From: Candidatus Babelota bacterium
GTDB lineage: Bacteria; Babelota; Babeliae; Babelales; Vermiphilaceae
Assembly: GCA_039809905.1 (NCBI GenBank)
Contig: JBDHVY010000001.1
Coordinates: 240,001 to 272,000 of the forward strand
DNA: 32,000 bases
Reading direction: 5' to 3'
The notes under the pieces were generated by a model. It worked only from the letters and a program-made list of their open reading frames with translations. It was not told where the DNA came from and did no database searches. Below are positions 19,381-28,450 of this stretch, piece after piece; the stretch's first letter is position 1, and the number at the start of each line of letters is the position of its first letter. Position numbers and translations under genes: made by a program.

Positions 19381-20484
19381 ATGAAAAAACAAGCTACATC
19401 TACCGTAACTCACCCAAAAACGCTTCTCTTGGGAGTACAGACTCCCGAACATTACCACATTAATATGGAATCTTATTTTGAAGAATTTCGCAATTTAGCA
19501 CGCACAAATGGTGTGTATGAACCTGATGAAATGATCATCAAAATTCGTGAAATTGATGCCGGTTATTTTTTAACTAAAGGCAAGCGAGATGAAGTAAAAA
19601 AATACTGTGATGAAAATAGCATTGAAGAAGTTATTATTTCTGAACCGCTTTCTTCACGACAGTCAGGTAATCTTTCAGAATTATTGGATTGCGCTCTTTT
19701 TGATAGAACTGAACTTATTTTGGAAATTTTTGAAAAATCAGCCCATACCGCTGAAGGTAAAATGCAAGTTGCTATCGCTCGATTACAACATAAAAAATCA
19801 CGTCTTGCAGGCAAGGGTATTCACTTTGGACAACAATCTGGTACCATCGGTGTGCGAGGTGGTTTTGGTGAAACCGCAAAAGAAAAAGAGACGCGACACA
19901 TTGAAGATAGTATCTTACAACTTAAACGGCATCTTGAAAAAATGCACAAAGCCCGTGAAACACAACGCAAGCAACGTTTAAGTAGCAATGAACCAAACAT
20001 TTGCCTTATTGGGTATACTAATGCGGGAAAATCTACCATTCTTAATATCTTAACAAACAGCAATGTTTTAGCTGAAGACAAGCTTTTTGCCACACTTGAT
20101 ACAACAACTCGATCTTTATTTATCGATGGCAAAAAAAAGGGTACCATATCTGATACCGTTGGATTTATTCAACAATTACCTACACGACTAATCGATGCTT
20201 TTAAATCAACTTTATCGGAATTACATTATGCCGATTTATTGCTTCATGTTATTGATGTTTCCGATCCAGGCTGGCAAAATCACATTCGCGTAGTACACGA
20301 TATTTTAGAAGATCTATCAGTTGAAACTCCTATGCTCTATGTCTTTAACAAAGCAGATAAGATTGATACAACTCTTTTAGCTGGTGCTTTAGAAAAATAT
20401 CAACCATATGTTGTCGTTTCATCACTAACTAAAAAAGGTATAGACCCTCTTATTAAATATCTTAAAAATTGGACACCGGATTAG
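19381..20484 (+). CDS. hflX: HflX-family GTPase
   Basis: 367 aa; ELSELLDCALFDRTELILEIF, GTIGVRGGFGETAKEKETRHIE, GYTNAGKSTILNILT, DTTTRSLFIDGKKKGTISDTVGFIQQLPTRLIDAFKSTL. Confidence 0.93.
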   Translation: MKKQATSTVTHPKTLLLGVQTPEHYHINMESYFEEFRNLARTNGVYEPDEMIIKIREIDAGYFLTKGKRDEVKKYCDENSIEEVIISEPLSSRQSGNLSELLDCALFDRTELILEIFEKSAHTAEGKMQVAIARLQHKKSRLAGKGIHFGQQSGTIGVRGGFGETAKEKETRHIEDSILQLKRHLEKMHKARETQRKQRLSSNEPNICLIGYTNAGKSTILNILTNSNVLAEDKLFATLDTTTRSLFIDGKKKGTISDTVGFIQQLPTRLIDAFKSTLSELHYADLLLHVIDVSDPGWQNHIRVVHDILEDLSVETPMLYVFNKADKIDTTLLAGALEKYQPYVVVSSLTKKGIDPLIKYLKNWTPD

Positions 20485-20578
20485 AAGAACTCACATCCTA
20501 CCAAAGATCTCTCGTTGATAAAAACTCCTTTCTTGTGTATAACAAAAAGCAAAAAGTTTACACAAAAAAGGATTTTTT

Positions 20579-22294
20579 ATGAAGTTATCTCGGCCAATTA
20601 TTTTTGGACTTGCAGCATCGTCATGTCTTGCACAAAAGCCCATAACCTTTCAAGCAATAGAGCAATACAAGAACAAACCACAACCTCATTCGTATATTGA
20701 TTATCAATGCTTTGAATCACTGAGTAAACACGCAAATGGACTTTTTACCACGGAACAATATGAGGAAGCAATTGCATTTTATAAACAAGCTCTTGCATTA
20801 AATCCAACGAGCGCGCATGTTTTTTTTAACTTAGGACAAGCGTTATATTACGCAAAAAAATATCCTGAAGCTCTCTACGCTTATAAAAAAGCTATTCAAT
20901 ATAAGCCTGATCACTACCGTGCGTTTATGCAAATCGGAAAACTCATGATTGATGTCAACCAATCAAATGATGCCATTGCCCCTCTTAAACAATCATTACA
21001 AATTGAACCTAAAAATGCAGATGCCCGTATTTTACTTTCGCGTGTTTATAATGATAAACATCTCTTTAACCAAGCAATTGAACTTGTTTTAGAAGGTTTA
21101 CAATTAGAACCAAATCATATTAACTTACGTTTTGATCTTGCAAATACATACAATTTAATTAATCGTCTTGATGAATCTTTGGCAATCTACCAGGAGCTGA
21201 ATCGACTCATCCCACATAATGCATCAATTTTATATAATATTGCCTTTACGTTAAAAAAACTTGGCCGCTTAGCAGAATCAATTCCTTATTACAATCGCAC
21301 ACTTGAAATTAATCCTCATCATGCTGAAGCAATCTTCAGCCGCGGTCTTGCTTACTTAGTAATTGGAGATTTTGAAAAAGGTTGGCAAGGTTATGAATGG
21401 CGCTATAGTCGCCCTTCTCAAGGATCATTGCGCAATTATGATCAACCTCGCTGGGATGGTTCTGATTTAGAAGGCAAAACAATACTCATTCATGCAGAAC
21501 AAGGACTGGGAGATACGTTCCAATTTATTCGTTATGCACAACTTGTTAAAGAAAAAAATGGCATTGTTATCGCGGCAGTACAAAAACCATTGGTCACTAT
21601 TATGAAAAATTGCAAAGGCATTGATCAAGTTATTTCACTTGAAGAAACACCACCACATTTTGATGTACATTCACCAATTATGTCTCTACCATTTGTGCTC
21701 AAAACAGTTATTGATACTGTTCCCAACGAAATACCATATTTGTACGCAAATGAAAAACTTACTGCTGAATGGAAACAAAAATTAGCTACAGATAAAAATT
21801 TTAAAATTGGTATTTGTTGGCAGGGAAATGATAATTATGCAACACCATTATTGCGTGCAACCGTTGCTCAAAAATCAGTTCATCCAAAACAATTTGAACC
21901 AATTTGCAATATTCCCGGTGTCAGCATTTATAGTTTACAAAAAACAACAGGTACCGATCAGCTGAAAGAACTTCCTGATGGTATGCACATTATTACCTTT
22001 GATGGCGATTTTGATCAAAGCAATGGTCGCTTTATGGATACCGCTGCAGTTATCAAAAATCTCGATCTGGTGATTACGGTTGATACATCCATTAGTCACC
22101 TTTCAAGCGGACTTGGTACGCCAACATGGGTTATGCTTCCAAATCCTTCCGATTGGCGCTGGATGCAGGATCGAACAGATTCTCCATGGTATCCAAACGT
22201 ATTACGTTTATTTAAACAACCGACACCAGGAGATTGGGAAACAATGATTCAAGAAGTGGCGAAGGAATTAGAAAAGCATATTGCAAAGAAGTAG
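20579..22294 (+). CDS. Exported TPR protein with C-terminal GT9-like glycosyltransferase domain
   Basis: 571 aa; leader MKLSRPIIFGLAASSCLAQ; about 7 TPRs (HVFFNLGQALYYAKKYPEALYAYKKAIQYKPD...); C-terminal GWEWRYSR-type segment, HAEQGLGDTFQFIRYA, KIGICWQG, DTAAVIKNLDLVITVDTSISHLSSGLGTPTWVMLP. Confidence 0.85.
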   Translation: MKLSRPIIFGLAASSCLAQKPITFQAIEQYKNKPQPHSYIDYQCFESLSKHANGLFTTEQYEEAIAFYKQALALNPTSAHVFFNLGQALYYAKKYPEALYAYKKAIQYKPDHYRAFMQIGKLMIDVNQSNDAIAPLKQSLQIEPKNADARILLSRVYNDKHLFNQAIELVLEGLQLEPNHINLRFDLANTYNLINRLDESLAIYQELNRLIPHNASILYNIAFTLKKLGRLAESIPYYNRTLEINPHHAEAIFSRGLAYLVIGDFEKGWQGYEWRYSRPSQGSLRNYDQPRWDGSDLEGKTILIHAEQGLGDTFQFIRYAQLVKEKNGIVIAAVQKPLVTIMKNCKGIDQVISLEETPPHFDVHSPIMSLPFVLKTVIDTVPNEIPYLYANEKLTAEWKQKLATDKNFKIGICWQGNDNYATPLLRATVAQKSVHPKQFEPICNIPGVSIYSLQKTTGTDQLKELPDGMHIITFDGDFDQSNGRFMDTAAVIKNLDLVITVDTSISHLSSGLGTPTWVMLPNPSDWRWMQDRTDSPWYPNVLRLFKQPTPGDWETMIQEVAKELEKHIAKK

Positions 22295-22304
22295 AATAAC
22301 ACTC

Positions 22305-22367
22305 CGTTCGTTTCCTTCGACGAGCTCCGACTTCGCTAAAGCTTCTTCGGACACGTCAGGACGAACG
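22305..22367. repeat. Intergenic palindromic element bounded by cgttcgt / acgaacg
   Basis: Inverted 7-mers 22305..22311 and 22361..22367. Internal segment 22330..22361 matches 27249..27280 (in the UvrD gene) at 25 of 32 positions by hand alignment. Confidence 0.6.
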
Positions 22368-22414
22368 TAGGAAAAGTGCAATCTCGTTCACATAGGAAAA
22401 GTACAATCTCGTTC
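22368..22414. repeat. Two-copy direct repeat, period 25 nt
   Basis: taggaaaagtgcaatctcgttc (22368..22389) and taggaaaagtacaatctcgttc (22393..22414), one mismatch. Confidence 0.85.
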
Positions 22415-22458
22415 GTGGGTAGCGTGTCAAACCATACGGACATAATTTAAAAGCCATT

Positions 22459-23766
22459 ATGAAAAAACTAATAATCATCTTACTATTACAAATTCTTACA
22501 GCATATCCCATTCCTTCACTACAGCAAGCATTAGAATATCAAAAAAGTGAACAATTTGCTGAAGCAATCGCATGTTATGAAGAAATAATTACTCACGATA
22601 TTGCCAACATAAATGCATATTTTAACCTTGGCTATTGCTACCTTGCAATTGGAAACAAGGAAAAATCAATTGCTTCATTTTTACATGTTCTGGAACTCAA
22701 TCCAGATGCTATTCCTGCCCAATATAACCTCGGATATGTATATAAAACATTCGGAGATATAGATACAGCAATTGAAATATACAAAGAAGTTATACAACTA
22801 TCTGATTATGATCCTGCTCACCTTGCTCTTGGTTTTGCGTATATCACGCAAGGTGATTTTGAGAATGGTTGGAAGCAACATGCACGATATCTTTCCCAAC
22901 ATGGAAAAAATGCTGATGCATTACGTGGATTGTTAGAAACAGATACAATACTTTACAGGAAAATACTATTACGCCCAGAAGGTGGACTAGGAGACACAAT
23001 CAATTTCATTCGCTATGCTCAGAAACTCAAAGATATGGGTGCTGATGTCATTGTTGCATGTCAAAAACCTCTCATTCCTCTTTTTTCACGCTGTGAATAT
23101 ATTGATCAACTGATCCCAATAAATCATCCAATGCCTGATTATGATGCTGATGCAACACTCATGAGTTTACCAGCTATTTTTGGTGATGATGAAACAACTG
23201 TTCCACAAGAAATTCCTTATCTTTTCGCCGATCCAATTCTCGTTAATTATTGGCAACAACAACTGGCGCATGATACTAACTTTAAAATTGGTATCTGTTG
23301 GCAAGTAGATGTTCATAATGATCAATCAAAATTACCTATTGCACGTCGAGGATATCCTCTTGACTGCTTTGTACAATTAGCAGATCTTGAAAACGTTAGT
23401 TTTTATAGTTTGCAAAAATATGATGGGATTGAACAACTTGCAACAATTCCATTAGAATTCAAATTACATGTTTTTGAGAATCTTGATGAACAGGTAGGTC
23501 CATTCATGGATACTGCTGCTCTGATGAAAAATCTTGATCTGGTAATTACCGTAGACACTGCGATCGCACATCTTGCAGGAGCTCTTGGTTGCCAAGTATG
23601 GCTTTTGCACCCCTATGCAACGGCTGATTGGCGTTGGATTCATGGAAAAAATGATTCTTATTGGTACCCAACAATGCGCATTTTCAAACGACACACACCA
23701 TTTGGTTATGAAGCGGTAATACAAGAATTAAGAACAGAACTAGAGAAATTATTACACAAGAAATAA
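22459..23766 (+). CDS. Exported TPR protein with C-terminal GT9-like glycosyltransferase domain (paralogue of 20579..22294)
   Basis: 435 aa; leader MKKLIIILLLQILTAYPIPS; TPRs; RPEGGLGDTINFIRYAQKLKDMGADVIVACQKPLIPLF, KIGICWQV, DTAALMKNLDLVITVDTAIAHLAGALGCQVWLL. Confidence 0.85.
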   Translation: MKKLIIILLLQILTAYPIPSLQQALEYQKSEQFAEAIACYEEIITHDIANINAYFNLGYCYLAIGNKEKSIASFLHVLELNPDAIPAQYNLGYVYKTFGDIDTAIEIYKEVIQLSDYDPAHLALGFAYITQGDFENGWKQHARYLSQHGKNADALRGLLETDTILYRKILLRPEGGLGDTINFIRYAQKLKDMGADVIVACQKPLIPLFSRCEYIDQLIPINHPMPDYDADATLMSLPAIFGDDETTVPQEIPYLFADPILVNYWQQQLAHDTNFKIGICWQVDVHNDQSKLPIARRGYPLDCFVQLADLENVSFYSLQKYDGIEQLATIPLEFKLHVFENLDEQVGPFMDTAALMKNLDLVITVDTAIAHLAGALGCQVWLLHPYATADWRWIHGKNDSYWYPTMRIFKRHTPFGYEAVIQELRTELEKLLHKK

Positions 23767-23770
23767 TAAA

Positions 23771-23806
23771 AAAAAGAGAGAGGTATATAAATACCTCTCT
23801 CTTTTT
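23771..23806. terminator. Bidirectional rho-independent terminator between convergent genes
   Basis: Perfect 16-bp inverted repeat aaaaagagagaggtat (23771..23786) / ataa loop / atacctctctcttttt (23791..23806), between + gene ending at 23766 and - gene ending at 23823. Confidence 0.9.
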
Positions 23807-23822
23807 AAAAAAACTTAGAAAT

Positions 23823-24455
23823 TTAGTTGTCTTTATACGATGAGCTTGTTGATGCAGATGAATTCATCCATGAGCTAGCATAGTTTTTTGCAGCTACAAG
23901 AGCAAGAAATGTCAAAAAACCTGCTTGATCGCATGCAACTTCTTTAGCTATCGGCGCCAAATATTGAGCAGTGCTTTTTACCACAGGATTAACGTTAGAT
24001 CTCACCTTATATCCCATAACTTGTTCTGGCAAAACATCTACTTTGTTTGCAACGCCATTAAAGCCACCAACTTTATCACTTACCGTATTTATTGCTACTC
24101 GCCCAGCATAATTACCAAGACCAAAAGCTACAGTCACTCCAAGATGGCTTCTATCCAAATTACGACCTTGTGCATAATATTCCGGAGCCATTTTCATAGC
24201 CGTTGCTACTGCTGATTGTACCTCAGGAGATTTGACACCAGTATTTACCGCTGCTACTACAACAGAAGTTCCTAAAGAAAAATTCTGTGAAGATCCTTCA
24301 TAAACAACCTTACCATTTTCCTTGAATTTCTTTAAATAGTCAGTTTTAGGTTCTACTTTCTTAGGTTTTTTTTCCCCCTCAGAAGCATAGACACCACCAA
24401 CAAATACAACCGCTGTCATGACTAACGCCTGAGACATAATACGAAACGTATTCAT
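23823..24455 (-). CDS. Exported protein, unknown function
   Basis: 210 aa; signal peptide MNTFRIMSQALVMTAVVFVGGVYASEG, Lys-rich segment, small-residue-rich body and Ser-rich C-terminus. Confidence 0.65.
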   Translation of the reverse strand: MNTFRIMSQALVMTAVVFVGGVYASEGEKKPKKVEPKTDYLKKFKENGKVVYEGSSQNFSLGTSVVVAAVNTGVKSPEVQSAVATAMKMAPEYYAQGRNLDRSHLGVTVAFGLGNYAGRVAINTVSDKVGGFNGVANKVDVLPEQVMGYKVRSNVNPVVKSTAQYLAPIAKEVACDQAGFLTFLALVAAKNYASSWMNSSASTSSSYKDN

Positions 24456-24605
24456 AAAAACCCTTCATAAAAAAATTGTAATAAATAATTTATTCTTTAA
24501 TACGATTATACAGACTTTTTTTCGTTTTGCTACTTTACTTTACTCCTATTTTTTTATATGAATATGCATAAAAAAGAGAATATTACTTCACCATAAAGGA
24601 GAGCC

Positions 24606-25067
24606 ATGAAATCAATACATACTATCTTTACTACTATTACTGCAAGCCTTTTAATAAGTACACTTCAAACAAGTTGCCAAACTATTAGTGCGGAAATATC
24701 ATATGGAGAACTCATTGATAAGATCACGATTTTGACTATTAAATCTCAACGTATTATCAGTGAAGAAAAACTAAAGAACGTTCGCACCGAGCTACAATCT
24801 CTACAAGAAACATGTAATGCTTTTATTGGCAATCGCGAAGATATTGCCCATTTACAAGCATTGCTACAAGAAGTTAACGAAAATTTGTGGGATATTGAAG
24901 ATGCAATCCGCATTAAAGAACGCAATAAAGAATTTGATGATGAATTTATTGAGATTGCCCGCAGCGTATATATTACCAATGATCAACGATGCTCCATAAA
25001 AAAACAAATTGATCTTCTTCTTGGCTCGCGCATTACTGAAGAAAAATCATATGAAGAGCTCGTATAA
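24606..25067 (+). CDS. Exported DUF6165-like protein
   Basis: 153 aa; leader MKSIHTIFTTITASLLISTLQTSCQTISA followed by EISYGELIDKITILTIKSQRIISEEKLKNVRTELQSL, matching recalled DUF6165 opening (EVSxGELxDKITILEIKxERI). Confidence 0.65.
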   Translation: MKSIHTIFTTITASLLISTLQTSCQTISAEISYGELIDKITILTIKSQRIISEEKLKNVRTELQSLQETCNAFIGNREDIAHLQALLQEVNENLWDIEDAIRIKERNKEFDDEFIEIARSVYITNDQRCSIKKQIDLLLGSRITEEKSYEELV

Positions 25068-25189
25068 ACCTTGAACTAATTATCGCGCATTATAAACTAG
25101 TATAATCCCCATCCTCTATTACATGCCGAATGGGGACCCCATATTAAGAGGCTTTTTTGATTATATAATAAAAGCAAAACAGGATAATA

Positions 25190-27496
25190 ATGCGCGATTC
25201 TTTTAATACCTTTTTACAAAACAACCTGAATCCTTCTCAACAAAAAGCAGTACACCATGAAGCAGGAGCAGTTCTTGTTGTTGCTGGTGCTGGATCAGGA
25301 AAGACACGCGTTATTACCGCACGCATTACTAATCTTATTATAAATAGAAATATTCCTGCATCTTCAATTGTCGCTTTGACCTTCACCAATAAAGCTGCAA
25401 CAGAAATGAAAGAACGTATTGCATCATTTTTAGGCCATCATAGTGACTTGCCTTTTGTAGGAACATTCCACTCTTATTGCGTACAATTACTCAAAAAATA
25501 TCAAGACCATCTTCCTCATCCTTTTTTTTCAATTTTGGATAGCGATGATAAACAAAAAATGATTCAGAGTATTTTGCAGCGCAATGGATTACATAAACAA
25601 TTTACGGCAAAAAATGTTGCGCATATGATTTCACAAATGAAAAATCATATCGATGAAAAAACACAACCGGCAACAGAATATCTTTCTCATCCGTTGCTCA
25701 CTGATGTTTATAATGCTTACGAAACAGAAAAACGAGCATCAAAATGCCTTGATTTTGATGATTTATTGCTCGAAACATTGCGTTTACTGCAAAAAAACAG
25801 CGTCATTAAAACTAAGTTTCAGGAAAAAATTCGTCATATTTTAATCGATGAATATCAAGACACTAATGTGGTACAACATGAACTACTCAAAGCAATGTCT
25901 CTTTCTGATAATACCCTTTCTATTGATTCTGTCTGCGCTGTCGGCGATGAAGATCAATCGATTTATTCATGGCGTGGTGCAACGGTAACCAACATGAAAA
26001 ACTTTAAAACGGTCTTTCCTGGTACAACGGTTATCACCATTGAGCAAAATTACCGCTCTGCCCAACCAATATTGAATCTTGCCAATAGCACCATACAAAA
26101 CAATACATGCCGAACACCAAAAAATTTATGGTCAGAAAAAAAAGGTAATAATAGAATTAATAGGTTGCTATGCTTAACTGAATATCAAGAAGCACGGGCA
26201 ATTACACAATTGCTTTTGATAGCAAAAGAAAAATATGGTCTCAACAATGTTGGCATATTATATCGCGTTCATACACAATCACGGGCAATTGAAGAAGCAT
26301 TACTTAAAGAATCAATTCCTTATCGTATAATCGGTGGCATTCAATTTTATGAACGTAAAGAGATTAAAGATTTACTTGCCTATCTTAAAATTATCGCAAA
26401 CCCTTTTGATAGAACATCGTTTTTCCGCATAATTAATGTACCTACACGAGGATTGGGCGATAAATTTGAAAGCATTTTTTATACACTATGGTCTGATGAA
26501 CCTTTTGCTACCTGGCATGATATTATTAAAAAATTACAAGCAGATGGTACACTCGGCAAAGCAAAAACCACAACACTCGAAGAATTTGCGGCAATCGTAC
26601 ACAGCATTGAACCAACAACACCCACAAGCAAAGCTCTTGAAACTATTATTACTCAAACAAATTACATCAGTTACATCAAAAATAACGATGAGCCACAAGA
26701 AGCTCAGGCCCGCCTTGATAATATAAGAGAGCTTTTTGAAGCAGTAAATCACTTTGAAACACAAGGCACTACAACTATTACGCAGTTTCTTGATGAAGTT
26801 GCTCTTATGCAAGAGAAAATGAGCAAACAAAATAGAGATGCGCATGCTGTTTCTCTTATGACGTTACATGCAGCAAAAGGATTAGAATTTGATCTTGTTA
26901 TTTTACCCGGCATAGAAGAAGGAACATTACCAACAACACGTTCTTTAAATTCTCATGATGCAATTGAAGAAGAACGGCGTCTTTTTTACGTTGGCATTAC
27001 TCGAGCAAAGGAACATTTACTCATCACTACCACTAAACACCGATATTCATATGGTCAAATGGTTGATCAATTACCTTCTCCTTTTTTAGGCGAAATTCCA
27101 TCAGATTTGTTACCACATGAAGACTGTTCTTATTGGAGCATAGCTCAGGTTAATCAATTTTTTGCAAACTGGTTGGGCGGTAGTCAGCTCAAAAGACAAT
27201 CGAATATCTACGTTCCCGACTTTATGCCTTCTTCTGCTAAAGCTTCCGGCTTGGCTAAGGCTTCGTCGGACATGCCAGAAGGCGCTTCAAGAAAAATAGA
27301 ATCAAAAACTACTTCTTTTGATGTGAAAATAAAGACGGGAAGCCTGTGGAAAAAAAATCAACCAGTAAAACATGCAAAATACGGCGTAGGAACAATCCAA
27401 GACATCGAAGAGAAAACCTCCGGTGAAACACATATTACGGTGCGTTTTAGAACAGGTATAAAAAAAATTGTTGCGCAATTCCTGCAGCGATTGTAA
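25190..27496 (+). CDS. pcrA: ATP-dependent DNA helicase, UvrD/PcrA family
   Basis: 768 aa; LNPSQQKAVHHEAGAVLVVAGAGSGKTRVITARI, TFTNKAATEMKERI, DEYQDTNVVQHEL, GDEDQSIYSWRGA, VTLMTLHAAKGLEFDLVILPG, EEERRLFYVGITRAKEHL; C-terminal Tudor-like VKHAKYGVGTIQDIE. Confidence 0.93.
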   Translation: MRDSFNTFLQNNLNPSQQKAVHHEAGAVLVVAGAGSGKTRVITARITNLIINRNIPASSIVALTFTNKAATEMKERIASFLGHHSDLPFVGTFHSYCVQLLKKYQDHLPHPFFSILDSDDKQKMIQSILQRNGLHKQFTAKNVAHMISQMKNHIDEKTQPATEYLSHPLLTDVYNAYETEKRASKCLDFDDLLLETLRLLQKNSVIKTKFQEKIRHILIDEYQDTNVVQHELLKAMSLSDNTLSIDSVCAVGDEDQSIYSWRGATVTNMKNFKTVFPGTTVITIEQNYRSAQPILNLANSTIQNNTCRTPKNLWSEKKGNNRINRLLCLTEYQEARAITQLLLIAKEKYGLNNVGILYRVHTQSRAIEEALLKESIPYRIIGGIQFYERKEIKDLLAYLKIIANPFDRTSFFRIINVPTRGLGDKFESIFYTLWSDEPFATWHDIIKKLQADGTLGKAKTTTLEEFAAIVHSIEPTTPTSKALETIITQTNYISYIKNNDEPQEAQARLDNIRELFEAVNHFETQGTTTITQFLDEVALMQEKMSKQNRDAHAVSLMTLHAAKGLEFDLVILPGIEEGTLPTTRSLNSHDAIEEERRLFYVGITRAKEHLLITTTKHRYSYGQMVDQLPSPFLGEIPSDLLPHEDCSYWSIAQVNQFFANWLGGSQLKRQSNIYVPDFMPSSAKASGLAKASSDMPEGASRKIESKTTSFDVKIKTGSLWKKNQPVKHAKYGVGTIQDIEEKTSGETHITVRFRTGIKKIVAQFLQRL
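27236..27287. repeat. Repeat-like segment within the UvrD/PcrA C-terminal linker coding sequence
   Basis: Encodes about ...SAKASGLAKASSDMPEGA...; related to intergenic sequence at 22330..22361 (25/32) with internal near-duplication gctaaagcttccgg / gctaaggcttcgtcgg. Confidence 0.5.
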
Positions 27497-27530
27497 AAAT
27501 AACCACATATGCCAAGTACAGGACTTTCAC

Positions 27531-27569
27531 GCGCTCGTTCTGAACTTGTTGAAGAATATCTTCGAGCGC
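27531..27569. repeat. Intergenic palindromic element sharing a 21-nt core with 4106..4126
   Basis: gcgctcg (27531..27537) ... cgagcgc (27563..27569) perfect inverted 7-mers; core ttctgaacttgttgaagaata (27538..27558) is the exact reverse complement of 4106..4126. Confidence 0.75.
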
Positions 27570-27582
27570 ACTAAAAGAACTT

Positions 27583-28335
27583 ATGAAACCAACCCTATAC
27601 CTGAGTCTTTGTACCGAATTTTTTGACCTTGATAAGCCGATAGCCGCCCCAGAAGAATACGCATTTTTTCGGCACTATCTTGAACAAGCAACAGGTCCTA
27701 TTCTTGAACCAATGTGCGGAACTGGCCGCTATCTTATTCCTTATCTTGAAGAAGGATTTAATGTAGAAGGTTTTGATGCATCACCATTTATGCTCAATGC
27801 TTTACATGAGAAATGCGCACAAAAAAAACTCAATCCACAGGTGTGGGAACAGTTCTTAGAACAAGTACCTCCAACAAAACAATATAATCTCATTTTCATT
27901 CCTGATAGTTCATTTTGTTTATTTTTGGATCCTGCTCAAATCGTAACGGCACTACAAAAAATCTATGAATTATTACAACCAGGTGGAACATTTATTTTTG
28001 ATGTTGAAACAGTACATGCAATTCCCGCAAAAATAGGTTTATGGCACGGCAAAGCATATAAAAAAGCAGATGGAACAACCATTATTTCAAGCACGTTGCC
28101 TTTGCCTATAGAAAACAATATTGCATCAGTTATTTGCCGCTATGAATTAATGGATAAAACAGAAATTATTAAAACAGAAATGGAATATTTCCAAATCAGA
28201 CTCTATTACCCTGATGAATTAGAAGAAATTTTAAAAAGTATTGGCTTTACTCAGGTCAAACAAATTGAAGCCTATGATGTAAATAGCTCTCCGTGCGCAC
28301 AAGATTATACAGTTGTTTTTGAGTGCAAAAAATAG
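27583..28335 (+). CDS. Class I SAM-dependent methyltransferase
   Basis: 250 aa; GPILEPMCGTGRYLIPYLEEGFNVEGFDASPFMLNAL (motif I/II), YNLIFIPDSSFCLFL, LLQPGGTFIFDVETV. Confidence 0.9.
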   Translation: MKPTLYLSLCTEFFDLDKPIAAPEEYAFFRHYLEQATGPILEPMCGTGRYLIPYLEEGFNVEGFDASPFMLNALHEKCAQKKLNPQVWEQFLEQVPPTKQYNLIFIPDSSFCLFLDPAQIVTALQKIYELLQPGGTFIFDVETVHAIPAKIGLWHGKAYKKADGTTIISSTLPLPIENNIASVICRYELMDKTEIIKTEMEYFQIRLYYPDELEEILKSIGFTQVKQIEAYDVNSSPCAQDYTVVFECKK

Positions 28336-28450
28336 CCTCTATGCCATTACTGTGAAACACTTTAGAAATAAAAATCATTGATTTAGTTCGTACACATATT
28401 TGTTGTTTGTGAATTTAAAAAAGTAACACATTCAATCATTCGGGAAGTAA

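Noticed and set aside
25105-25160. Possible hairpin/small RNA or terminator upstream of the UvrD/PcrA gene (cctct...agagg then cttttttg; ccccat...atgggg)
   Set aside because: Stems are short and mutually exclusive. It could be a weak terminator for the 24606..25067 gene, but the evidence is insufficient to call.
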